From a virus (Duplodnaviria; Heunggongvirae; Uroviricota; Caudoviricetes), in IMG/VR virus record IMGVR_UViG_3300028584_001240: DNA of 64,000 bases; one strand, given 5' to 3'. The position numbers and the translations under genes are program-made. This document shows positions 52,156-60,949 of this stretch, one piece after another (within the stretch, counting starts at the first letter, position 1; each line of letters starts with the position of its first letter). The notes beneath the pieces were generated by a model that made no database searches, had not been told where the DNA came from, and saw nothing but the letters and a program-made list of their open reading frames with translations.

Positions 52156-52203
52156 TTAGACGCTAAGTATTTTAAAAGCATCCAAATGATTTGATTTATT
52201 CAT
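52156..52203 (-). other. Putative leader peptide MNKSNHLDAFKILSV*
   Basis: AAGGAG RBS, ATG 52203, TAA 52156 inside a hairpin. Confidence 0.5.
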
Positions 52204-52250
52204 AACAACTCCTTTATCTTTATTCAATTACTATATCAAATAAGTGCCCA

Positions 52251-52283
52251 AAAAGCAAGAAGCTTCCCGAAGGAAGCTTTTTT
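52251..52283 (-). terminator. Intrinsic terminator with UUCG tetraloop
   Basis: AAGCTTCC-TTCG-GGAAGCTT on the minus strand. Confidence 0.75.
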
Positions 52284-52297
52284 GCATTCAAGCTTTT

Positions 52298-53791
52298 TTA
52301 CGCCATCATACTGCCGATATTGCCTTCTTCCGGCTCTGGTTCAGGGCGAGCCACAAACTGTTCGAAGTAACTGATGTGACCATTGATTACATCAAGTTTG
52401 TCTTGTGCATGTTCTTCCTTGGTTGCCAACTTACCACCAATCAAGTCAACAAGGTTGTCTTGACCACGAACTGCTTCAACAACCGCCTCCTGAGCCACTT
52501 TCATTTGGTCAAGGTAGAACAACACATTATGTTCACCGATCATCACAGTTGGAACATTACGCAAGAACTCAATTAAACGCGGTGTCTCTTTGTAGTAATT
52601 AACGTGTGAAACCATACCCGGAATGGCAAGAATGTCATCTTTGTAATCAACATAAGCCTTTTCGATAATTTCGGCCATTTCTGGAATTTCCATACGGTAT
52701 ACGTTGTTATGTTTAACAAGAGCAAGAGCCAACATTTTTGGATCAACATTGTCTTTGTAAAGATTAAACACATCAACAGACATTTCCTGACGAAGATCAT
52801 GGAAGCTTTCACGAACAAATTCATCAATGGTCGATTGTGGCTTACCTTTGAAGTTGATGTTTTTCACCAACACACCAAGGAAACGGTTAAAATCAAGACC
52901 ACGATAAGCTACTGAGAAAATCGCACGACTTGTTGCACTATCAAAATCACCACTTGGCGTATTCAACAAGTCTTTCGAGCTAGCCAAAGACTGAATAAAG
53001 CACGCTTGTTTGTTCATTTCGATGCAGTAGCTGACAAGACTTTCATCACGAAACAACACACTGGTATCAATGTTATTGTCATAGATGAAATCACGCATGC
53101 CCCAGTCATCATCAACGCGGATGAACTCAGACAATTCGTGGCGAACTTCCATTTCTGCAAGCTCCGCAGCTTCTGGTTCGGTCACAGTAATTTCAACTTC
53201 ACCAAAAAACGGCTTCATTGCACAGTTAACGTCATCGTAAACAAAGCCAACCTTAGACAAAGTGGTAATCATTTCGCGGTAAGTGCCTTGGAAGTGATAA
53301 GTCAGACCATCATCAGTTTCTAAACCAGTGCCAAGAGTGAAAGTGTTCAAAAGCACTTTACTACCTTTTTTGTAAAGGTCTTCACCGGAAAACATCACAA
53401 CCACTGGCAAAGTAACTGGTGAGTCAAATGTAGGGTTCAATCTATCGGCATAAATAGGTTTCAATAGTTTTGCTTCTTCAACTACTTTAAGGAAGTTTTC
53501 TACGGTGCCAAATTCTTCTTGAATAGCCACGTTGGTTTCAAGCGTGCCTGCCATGTCGTTAGTTTCAAACGATTCGATAATAGCGTCAATTTTAGCAGCA
53601 ATTTCAGTGTTTTTCTCTTTTGCTTCATCAACCATTTCTTTCATAAATGCAAATTTAAACAAAGAAGGGATAGCTTTAAAGCCACGGGAGAGGAAGTCTA
53701 CTTCATTACGGTGTAGAACGAAATAGTTCTTAGCCATTTCTTTGGCCGTTTCAACACAGATTTCTGGATATTGCACACGAGTAATAGTCAT
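52298..53791 (-). CDS. Hypothetical acidic protein (497 aa)
   Basis: Long ORF with AGGAG RBS; more GC-rich than its neighbours; no recognised family. Confidence 0.75.
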   Translation of the reverse strand: MTITRVQYPEICVETAKEMAKNYFVLHRNEVDFLSRGFKAIPSLFKFAFMKEMVDEAKEKNTEIAAKIDAIIESFETNDMAGTLETNVAIQEEFGTVENFLKVVEEAKLLKPIYADRLNPTFDSPVTLPVVVMFSGEDLYKKGSKVLLNTFTLGTGLETDDGLTYHFQGTYREMITTLSKVGFVYDDVNCAMKPFFGEVEITVTEPEAAELAEMEVRHELSEFIRVDDDWGMRDFIYDNNIDTSVLFRDESLVSYCIEMNKQACFIQSLASSKDLLNTPSGDFDSATSRAIFSVAYRGLDFNRFLGVLVKNINFKGKPQSTIDEFVRESFHDLRQEMSVDVFNLYKDNVDPKMLALALVKHNNVYRMEIPEMAEIIEKAYVDYKDDILAIPGMVSHVNYYKETPRLIEFLRNVPTVMIGEHNVLFYLDQMKVAQEAVVEAVRGQDNLVDLIGGKLATKEEHAQDKLDVINGHISYFEQFVARPEPEPEEGNIGSMMA

Positions 53792-53881
53792 TTAGTTGTT
53801 CTCCTGAATTTTCATAATTATAGCAAAGAATAGCCTTCAACGCAACACTTTTTTAAAATAGTTCGTAAATAGTTGAAAAAG

Positions 53882-53907
53882 AAAAAAGCCAGAAAAATCT
53901 GGCCTTT
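53882..53907 (-). terminator. Intrinsic terminator after structured RNA copy A
   Basis: GCCAGA-TTTT-TCTGGC followed by a U-run on the minus strand. Confidence 0.75.
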
Positions 53908-53924
53908 CATCTGCTAGTCGCTGC

Positions 53925-54050
53925 CTAACAACATATACTTGGCCTTTGTAGCCTGACCTATGCGGGTGCTTACGCGAGTCCTGTGTTCTCTTTTAAAGAG
54001 CAGGGGGACAAAAATCCCGGCTCTATTAGCTTACGCCAATTCTTTGTTAG
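53925..54050 (-). ncRNA. Unknown structured RNA, copy A
   Basis: GC-rich intergenic island, terminal stem CUAACAA/UUGUUAG, colinear similarity to 55650-55751. Confidence 0.6.
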
Positions 54051-54553
54051 TCATTATAGACATCCAGCTTACGAAAGAGTTCAAATAATTCTTGATTTCC
54101 TTGTAAACGATCTAGAAAACTATTATCTTGACCATTAAACATTTCTAAGGTGACGAAGAATTCTTCAATATAATAGAAAGTTTGACCAAAACTATTATGC
54201 TGAGATAAATAAGCATGTGATGTAACGCCAGTATTGGTTTCTAACAGAATGACCAAATCCTTTGTTTCACCATAATAAACAGCTACCAGACCATTTTCAC
54301 CAGCTTCGGCCACCGCCTCAATAAACTCATCTTCAACTAATTCGTTAAAGATATCTTCTGTTTTGTCTTTATCAACATAGAAAATGAATGCACCATGATC
54401 TTGTGGTCTTGAAAATAGATCTTCCAAGTCAAATAGACTGAATACATCATTTACGTTATCATCGGATACATCACCAAACACCATTGCCAGATCAGGCACT
54501 TTAAAACAATGCACTAAGCTGTCTAGTTTTGGATTTTGGATTTCATGAAACAT
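54047..54553 (-). CDS. Acidic hypothetical protein, pair H
   Basis: K.D…K.PD…FG.VS and VDK..TE…GE/DN..V.VY..G..KDL.I..ET shared with 54566..55069. Confidence 0.75.
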   Translation of the reverse strand: MFHEIQNPKLDSLVHCFKVPDLAMVFGDVSDDNVNDVFSLFDLEDLFSRPQDHGAFIFYVDKDKTEDIFNELVEDEFIEAVAEAGENGLVAVYYGETKDLVILLETNTGVTSHAYLSQHNSFGQTFYYIEEFFVTLEMFNGQDNSFLDRLQGNQELFELFRKLDVYND

Positions 54554-54565
54554 AATTATTTTCCT

Positions 54566-55069
54566 TTATTCTTCTTCAATAGAAATTTCTTTCAACGCGG
54601 CCAATATTTTAGGAGCCTTACCAACATAATGATAGAAATTGGATTCTTTGTCGTTCATAAGATCTTTTGTTGGGTAAAAATGCGGAACCTCAACAAAATC
54701 ATCAAGAATATCATGTTCACCTTTTAAATCACAGCCTGTCATAAAACCTGAAGTCTCCATCCAAATAATCAAGTCTTTATCACCTAAGTGATAAACAACC
54801 ACAAACGCATTATCACCACATTCATCAAGAGAGTCAACATATTCGTGATTCGTCAATAGTGTTATAACTCGTTCAGTTAACGATTTATCAACTAATGCAA
54901 GTTCAGCATCATGATCATAACTTTCTTCGAGAAATTTTTCAAGCTGTTCAACTGTAGTAATGTCTAAGCTATTTTCACCTGAAACATTACCGAAAGCAAT
55001 AGAAATATCAGGCTTTTTCAACAGACCAATCACATTATCAATTTTAAGATTTTTAATAAGTTCTGCCAT
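54566..55069 (-). CDS. Acidic hypothetical protein, pair H
   Basis: Paralog of 54047..54553. Confidence 0.75.
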   Translation of the reverse strand: MAELIKNLKIDNVIGLLKKPDISIAFGNVSGENSLDITTVEQLEKFLEESYDHDAELALVDKSLTERVITLLTNHEYVDSLDECGDNAFVVVYHLGDKDLIIWMETSGFMTGCDLKGEHDILDDFVEVPHFYPTKDLMNDKESNFYHYVGKAPKILAALKEISIEEE

Positions 55070-55103
55070 TTTTTCCCCTTAGTTATTTATCAGTCATACT
55101 GGT

Positions 55104-55487
55104 TTAAAAGTTAATGAAATTATGATCAAACATATTATGGTTATAAATCTGAGCAATCTGACCATCAGGATACGCTAAGACATAATCCGCCATATACATT
55201 TCATCTTCGATCTCTGGATCGTATAAAATATCTGTCTTCTCGTAAGTATCATACAACTTATCAATCATATACTCACGAAAATCATCATCAGTTAAAGATT
55301 TCCCATGTTGCTCACATATGTCAGCAATATTAAAATTATATTCCTTCATAACGTTATTGTATAATTTCATAAGAGATTTAGTATTAAGAGACAACAATTC
55401 ATTTTCTGTTTTAATCGTCTTTTTACCATCCTTAATTGCTGAACGGCTAATCGCTTTTTTTAAAACCTCAATAACAATCTGCTTCAT
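55104..55487 (-). CDS. Hypothetical protein
   Basis: Start refined to MKQIVIEVL (GAGGA RBS); the longer ORF-track start runs into tRNA-Gly. Confidence 0.65.
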   Translation of the reverse strand: MKQIVIEVLKKAISRSAIKDGKKTIKTENELLSLNTKSLMKLYNNVMKEYNFNIADICEQHGKSLTDDDFREYMIDKLYDTYEKTDILYDPEIEDEMYMADYVLAYPDGQIAQIYNHNMFDHNFINF

Positions 55488-55531
55488 AGAATGTCCTCTT
55501 TTATAATTAGAAATCACTGTAAACCACAAAT

Positions 55532-55552
55532 AAAAAAACACCCGAAGGTGTT
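55532..55552 (-). terminator. Terminator of tRNA/ncRNA operon
   Basis: AACACC-TTCG-GGTGTT followed by a U-run. Confidence 0.8.
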
Positions 55553-55559
55553 GTAAATT

Positions 55560-55633
55560 TGGAGCGGAATACGAGGATCGAACTCGTGTAGCCAGCTTGG
55601 AAGGCTGGAGCACAGCCACTATGCCAATTCCGC
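55560..55633 (-). tRNA. tRNA-Gly (TCC)
   Basis: GCGGAAT/ATTCCGC acceptor, CCAGC-CTTCCAA-GCTGG anticodon arm, TTCGATC T-loop, encoded CCA. Confidence 0.95.
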
Positions 55634-55649
55634 AATAACGATTAAACTC

Positions 55650-55751
55650 ACACTTCCAGTTTGCTTATACTCGCTTTTGCAGTCTTCGCAGATCCTGTGC
55701 TCTCGTCGGGAGTAGGCTTCTAGAGCCTTGCATAATTTCTTTGCTGAGTGT
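55650..55751 (-). ncRNA. Unknown structured RNA, copy B
   Basis: Terminal stem ACACU/AGUGU; homologous to 53925-54050. Confidence 0.6.
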
Positions 55752-55761
55752 TTATTTAATC

Positions 55762-55873
55762 TGGTGCGGAACGGTCTTACAACACGAACCACATATCTTT
55801 CGTGCCCATTTAAGGGCTTTACAGTAAAGGGTTTTAGCCCTGTCGCTGGGGTAGATTACTGCTATCTTCGCCC
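55762..55873 (-). ncRNA. Multi-hairpin RNA ending in ACCA
   Basis: About five consecutive hairpins; 3' ACCA followed by the same GATTAAA trailer as tRNA-Thr. Confidence 0.45.
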
Positions 55874-55881
55874 AACCAAAA

Positions 55882-56010
55882 TGGTCTGCTTGTATTCGGA
55901 CTTGAACCGAAGATTAAATCCTCAATGACTCTTTCAGCCCCGGAAGCCTTAGCTGTGGTTGACTAGTATACCACAACGTTCATTAATTCATCAATAAACC
56001 TATTACAAGC
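55882..56010 (-). ncRNA. tRNA-like RNA with expanded central region
   Basis: GCTTGTA/TACAAGC acceptor stem, TTCGG-TTCAAGT-CCGAA T-arm, 3' ACCA; no canonical anticodon arm. Confidence 0.6.
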
Positions 56011-56023
56011 ATAAATTTTAATC

Positions 56024-56099
<76 letters not shown>

Positions 56100-56128
56100 A
56101 TAAAGTGTTTGCTGCTTCAATATTGATA

Positions 56129-56157
56129 ATACTACAGTAATCACTCATTGAAGTCAA
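56129..56157 (-). promoter_or_regulatory. Sigma70-type promoter of tRNA/ncRNA operon
   Basis: TTGACT-17 nt-TAGTAT. Confidence 0.7.
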
Positions 56158-56386
56158 GCAGTTTTTTCTATTTTATTCTTTTATTTTATCTTTTAAATCA
56201 ATGTTTTTCTTCAGTTAACGGTTTTTTGTCATCCAACCTGAATACATTTAAAAGATGCTAATACTATTTTTTTCAATCCTTATAGAAATATGATTTTTAT
56301 TTCATTTCCAACAAACCTCTTTATTTTAAAAAATATAGTGTATATTAACAGATACGGATTAAAAATTCAACCTAGGAGATACATGA

Positions 56387-57034
56387 ATGAATATAAGTAA
56401 AATTGCATTAAGCCTATTAATAACCACTTGTACCGCACCTGTATTTGCAACAGACCTAAGAAGTTACCAGCTTGCAGACTACAATTGTGAAGAATCATCA
56501 GCCATAGAAGTAAAAGCCTGCCTTGAAACAACACTATCAGAAAGTTTAGCTAAATTAAGTGAGTCAGAACATTATTTCAATAAATCTGTTGAAAGCATTA
56601 ATTTAGATCAAGATTCAACAACAACATTAAAAAAATCTTTTGAAGAAGAAAAATTAGCCTACAAAAATTATGCAGAAACTCAATGTAACTTTAAAATAGC
56701 AATTGAAAGTAAGCAAAATCCTAATGCTGACATAGAGAGATTATCTTTAATTTGCAAAATTAACACAATTGATAGCAGAATAGAAGGATTAACTGAATTT
56801 ACACATGATTTAACAAATGACTTCGTAGCATCTAAGTCACCAGAATCAGTTGCCAGTGATACACCTATTGTTCCTTTTGTAGAAGAAAATACAGAAGCCG
56901 TCCAAGAAGCACCGATGAACGAAGTGACTGAACAAACTCCAGTAGTCGATGAAGATTTCACCAAATCAGTGCAATCAGAAACCGAAATGGTGCCAACAGA
57001 TAATGAAACTGATGTAGAAGATGATTTAAATTAA
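56387..57034 (+). CDS. Secreted LprI/DUF1311-like protein with acidic tail
   Basis: Signal peptide; C-x9-C…AYKNYAETQC…C…RI..L pattern of the lysozyme-inhibitor LprI family. Confidence 0.65.
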   Translation: MNISKIALSLLITTCTAPVFATDLRSYQLADYNCEESSAIEVKACLETTLSESLAKLSESEHYFNKSVESINLDQDSTTTLKKSFEEEKLAYKNYAETQCNFKIAIESKQNPNADIERLSLICKINTIDSRIEGLTEFTHDLTNDFVASKSPESVASDTPIVPFVEENTEAVQEAPMNEVTEQTPVVDEDFTKSVQSETEMVPTDNETDVEDDLN

Positions 57035-57046
57035 GACGAAGAGAAT

Positions 57047-57076
57047 AAAAAAGGATAACTAGATTATCCTTTTTTT
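57047..57076. terminator. Bidirectional terminator
   Basis: AAAAAAGGATAA-CTAGA-TTATCCTTTTTT. Confidence 0.8.
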
Positions 57077-57099
57077 ATATCTTGATTAAGCAATAAATA

Positions 57100-58752
57100 T
57101 CAAGTATTAAACTGAGATACCAATTCATTCAACTTATTAGCTTTATCTTGAAGTTTTGAAACTGTGTCTTCTGTTTGCTCAACAATTTTTTGGCTACGAA
57201 TAGAACTATTACTGCCTTCCTCGGCTGAACGAGCCATGTCTTGGGTAGCAATAGACTGTTCTTTGGTCGCTAAGTTGATTACTTGAACATTATCAAAGAC
57301 GGCCTTCATATCCGTTTGAATTGAACCGATCTGAACTAACACATTACCAGCAAGCTTAACCCCATTTTCAACTTTGTGGTTAGTTTCGTCCATTTTCTTG
57401 GTAGCACTTACAATCTGTTTACTGATATCGCTAATTGTTTTAGAAATATTCAGAGTGGCTTCTGCTGTTTTACCAGCCAAGTTACGAACTTCTTCGGCCA
57501 CTACCGCAAAACCTCTTCCATGCTCACCTGCTCGTGCAGCTTCAATTGAAGCATTGAGAGCCAATAAGTTGGTTTGATCAGCAATGCCATGAATAACAGT
57601 GACAATCTTTGAAATATCAAGGGACTTAACTTCCAAATTATGGATCAATCCTGAAAGATCCTGAGCTGATGTAGTGATGTCTGCTACTTCTGAACTCAAC
57701 AACTTAACTGAGTTTGAACTTTCACTTGTCAATTCATTTACGTTCTCTACGGATTTAGTCGTAGTGTCAGTGCTTAATGAAATACTTCCCATACTTGTAG
57801 TTAACTCTTCTATTGTTGCTGCAGAAGCTGTGGCTCTGTCTGATTGTCCTTGGGCGTCTACTAACAAGTTATTCATCAAACCATTAATTTCAACAAGACC
57901 TGTTGTAAGCTCATGTGTGTTCATTTTAATAGAAGAAACCATATCTCTAAGTGTTGTGATAAATGAATTAAAATTGCGAGCCATTTGACCACTTTCATCG
58001 TTAAACTTAACAGGTATTTGATAGGTTAAATCAGCATCACCAGAACCTAGTTGTTCAAAAACTTTCACCATTTCAAGAATAGGAGCAGTAATCAATCGAC
58101 CAAGCAAGTAAGCGACAAAGTTAATAAAGAGAATAGAAACAGCGAACATGATAGCAACTGTTGTAATAATACGTTCTTTAATTGCAGTGACATCGGAAAG
58201 ATTAATGTCAGCAGCCACCACATATTGGTTACCAGCCAATGTTTTTTTAGGCACATACAATGTTCTAAAATCACCTGTTTTTGAAGTGTATTCTTCGGTT
58301 GCTTGGATATTTGTGCTCAATACTTTTCTAATAAAGTTCTCTGTTTCAGGTTCATCATAAGGTGTTGCCGTGTAATGTATAGCTTCATCACTAACCTCTT
58401 TTTCTGTTAAATTAGAGGTGATGTATTTTGATTTACCATCTTTATCAATAAATATAGCATAAAAATAAGGTATTTCTAATTCATTAACAAAAGTCGTTAG
58501 CTGAATAGATTTTTGTCGAGATAAATTAACATCAATCTCATTATGATTAATAACACCATCAATAAATGGTTCATTAATGATTTCATTAAAATATTTAGTT
58601 GCAAAATCAAGTTTGCTGTCCATATTTCCTAATTCACTTTTAACAGCATATGAATAATAAAAATAACTAAATGCAGACATGATAATCAAAGACACTGCAA
58701 GAAATGCAATTTGTATCTTCCATTTTATACCTAAATCATTAAACAGTTTCAT
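57100..58752 (-). CDS. Methyl-accepting chemotaxis protein
   Basis: TM-periplasmic-TM-HAMP (DLT…DE.G.MA..FN.F); signalling hairpin [37 protein letters not shown]. Confidence 0.95.
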   Translation of the reverse strand: MKLFNDLGIKWKIQIAFLAVSLIIMSAFSYFYYSYAVKSELGNMDSKLDFATKYFNEIINEPFIDGVINHNEIDVNLSRQKSIQLTTFVNELEIPYFYAIFIDKDGKSKYITSNLTEKEVSDEAIHYTATPYDEPETENFIRKVLSTNIQATEEYTSKTGDFRTLYVPKKTLAGNQYVVAADINLSDVTAIKERIITTVAIMFAVSILFINFVAYLLGRLITAPILEMVKVFEQLGSGDADLTYQIPVKFNDESGQMARNFNSFITTLRDMVSSIKMNTHELTTGLVEINGLMNNLLVDAQGQSDRATASAATIEELTTSMGSISLSTDTTTKSVENVNELTSESSNSVKLLSSEVADITTSAQDLSGLIHNLEVKSLDISKIVTVIHGIADQTNLLALNASIEAARAGEHGRGFAVVAEEVRNLAGKTAEATLNISKTISDISKQIVSATKKMDETNHKVENGVKLAGNVLVQIGSIQTDMKAVFDNVQVINLATKEQSIATQDMARSAEEGSNSSIRSQKIVEQTEDTVSKLQDKANKLNELVSQFNT

Positions 58753-58905
58753 ATTAAGACATCCTCTAAAAAATTTGATGACATAATGCCATAACTTATA
58801 TATAAGTCAACAAAAATTATTTTAAAATGTGCATTTAGTAACACTTTCTATCCACTAGTAAAATTAAATACCAGTAAATAGAGATGTGTAGAGGATTTTG
58901 AAAAT

Positions 58906-59439
58906 TTAATTATTTTTCTTGAACGATGGGAATTTAATAGAAATGGATGATTTTTCAGTGAGTTTTTGCTTTTCAGAAGAATATTCACTTTCAACTTTTG
59001 TTTTCAAAATGTCAGCTTTCATTTCTTTTAAACTGTCAATGCTGCTTTTTTCGTTTTCATATTGACCATATTCAATAGCCTCAAAATTACTGCTGAAGTT
59101 AACAACATCATCAACTCTTTCAAATTGCCATTTTTTAAATCTTGACGGATCACCGGCTGAAACCAAAATCATTTCATAGGGTTCAAATACATGAAGGTTA
59201 CCTTTTTCTGTAAACTCAATACGCTCAGTAGGCTGTACCAAGAAGAAAATAGAATTATCTGTGCAAATACTTTTATTAGTAAAGTCTTGTGTTTCATTAT
59301 CAAAGATTCGAACAACAGAATGCTTTTTATGTTGAGCTGGGTCAACGTCTGCTTCGTCTATAACAAATGGTTTTACTTTTGCATAAACAGTATTCATATC
59401 TGCTTCTGATATAAGGGCTGTGTAAGAATTTATTTTCAT
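58906..59439 (-). CDS. Hypothetical protein
   Basis: 177-aa ORF. Confidence 0.65.
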   Translation of the reverse strand: MKINSYTALISEADMNTVYAKVKPFVIDEADVDPAQHKKHSVVRIFDNETQDFTNKSICTDNSIFFLVQPTERIEFTEKGNLHVFEPYEMILVSAGDPSRFKKWQFERVDDVVNFSSNFEAIEYGQYENEKSSIDSLKEMKADILKTKVESEYSSEKQKLTEKSSISIKFPSFKKNN

Positions 59440-59505
59440 CTCTTTTTATTCCTTGGTTTTATCTATTCATTATAACATAAATCATAGCTTTTAAAAGAAA
59501 GTCTA

Positions 59506-60255
59506 TCAAATACTATACATAATCGCAGTATCTAATTCATTTTTAGTATAATCAATAATTTTCTTATCGAAAGTATTATTAAACATGACAACTTCACTAT
59601 AACTCATGAAGACTTTTTTAAGATAGATTCCTTGCTTATTCATTTTAAGAAAAATACCTAACACAAACCATGTCTTAATATTCTTATTAAATCCGAGCAT
59701 ATAATTATTAGGTGTACCAGTAAACTTTCCAAAAATGCCATAATGAGTTGATGCAATAACAATTAATCCGGTTTCTTCACTTACCTTTGAAAAAACAGAA
59801 TTTTTAACATTGTGATATTGTTGAATTAGAACCTTTCTAAGTTCTATGGCTAGACACAATAATGCTACCGCATATAATATCTGAAAACTAATAATGGCGG
59901 GTATATGAGTTACTGTGCAAAATTTCAGCAGAAAATTTAAAATACAAATGACAACCACAAAAAAATAAAGAATTTTTGGAAGTATGTATTCAGTTTTTTT
60001 AATTCTAAAAGTTAAATAGTAAAATGAACTAACTAAATAAATTATACAAAAAATACTTAATAATGAACTAATAAAACCAATAAACATTTGTAAATCAAAA
60101 GTTCTTGTTAAAATATTAACTGAGCTACATGATGTTATACAAGCTAAAATAACAACCAATTTAGCAACATCATTGCTTTTAACAAAATTAAAAGCTCTAA
60201 TAATTTCAATTTTGAATAACGGCCAAACTTGCAGCCATACCAAAAGTATTTTCAT
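59506..60255 (-). CDS. Four-TM membrane protein with C-terminal motif (…ELDTAIMYSI)
   Basis: Four hydrophobic helices then a soluble tail ending in M-x-x-I. Confidence 0.7.
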   Translation of the reverse strand: MKILLVWLQVWPLFKIEIIRAFNFVKSNDVAKLVVILACITSCSSVNILTRTFDLQMFIGFISSLLSIFCIIYLVSSFYYLTFRIKKTEYILPKILYFFVVVICILNFLLKFCTVTHIPAIISFQILYAVALLCLAIELRKVLIQQYHNVKNSVFSKVSEETGLIVIASTHYGIFGKFTGTPNNYMLGFNKNIKTWFVLGIFLKMNKQGIYLKKVFMSYSEVVMFNNTFDKKIIDYTKNELDTAIMYSI

Positions 60256-60258
60256 TTT

Positions 60259-60864
60259 CTAATCTACCTTCTTTTCAGCAGGCTTAATACTAGAATAACT
60301 TGAATTTTTTATCCAACCTGTAAATGATTTATTATCATCATTAATGTATTCAATGGATGTATAACCATCTTTAACTTCAATAACACTAAATACATCATCT
60401 TTTACAATATAGACTTTACTTTCTGTCCCAGCAATAGGCGTTTTGTTTAAGTAAACCTTTGCTTCTGTTATAACACCTAAACCAATCCAAGGTTTCTTTT
60501 CCAGCAAGGAGAAATTTAAACCATATTTAGCTTGACTTGCACCAACACTGGAACAACCCGGATGGTCATCAGCAACTTCCATGAAGAGTGAATCAGGTTG
60601 ATTATCAATAACACCATCAATCTTACTGGTGTCTGACCATGTTTTTACATAAGTAGATCCATTAGGAACAATGGCACCTTCAAAAAAGAATGTACACGTT
60701 CTGGTCACACCTTCACCCATAACTTCATGATAATAACCTTCGATTCGATTGTCAGGCGTTACAGCCATTTTTATAAACTCATATTGACCAGCTTGGAACT
60801 TATTGTCAGCCGAAGCAATCCCAACTGTTAATAGTGATAAAGCAATAGAAATAGTTTTAAACAT
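60259..60864 (-). CDS. Secreted protein with C-terminal SH3-like domain
   Basis: Signal peptide; YIVKDD.F.V.EVKDGY..IEY…TGWIK SH3b-like pattern. Confidence 0.65.
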   Translation of the reverse strand: MFKTISIALSLLTVGIASADNKFQAGQYEFIKMAVTPDNRIEGYYHEVMGEGVTRTCTFFFEGAIVPNGSTYVKTWSDTSKIDGVIDNQPDSLFMEVADDHPGCSSVGASQAKYGLNFSLLEKKPWIGLGVITEAKVYLNKTPIAGTESKVYIVKDDVFSVIEVKDGYTSIEYINDDNKSFTGWIKNSSYSSIKPAEKKVD

Positions 60865-60949
60865 GATTAACCTCTTAATATGTTATTTAAATTATATTTA
60901 TGATATGATTTAAATTTAAACATGTCAAAAAAAATAAAAAGACTGAAGC

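Noticed and set aside
53960-54016. Hammerhead ribozyme on the + strand (GAGTCC…GGAC AAAA)
   Set aside because: Core CUGAUGA and GAAA are absent and the GGAC arm is missing from copy B.
55488-55928. ORF-track extension 55104..55619 and ORF 55728..55928 as proteins
   Set aside because: They overlap tRNA-Gly, its terminator and structured RNAs; a better start with RBS exists at 55487.
55882-56010. tmRNA
   Set aside because: Too short, no G3-U70 alanine determinant, no tag reading frame.
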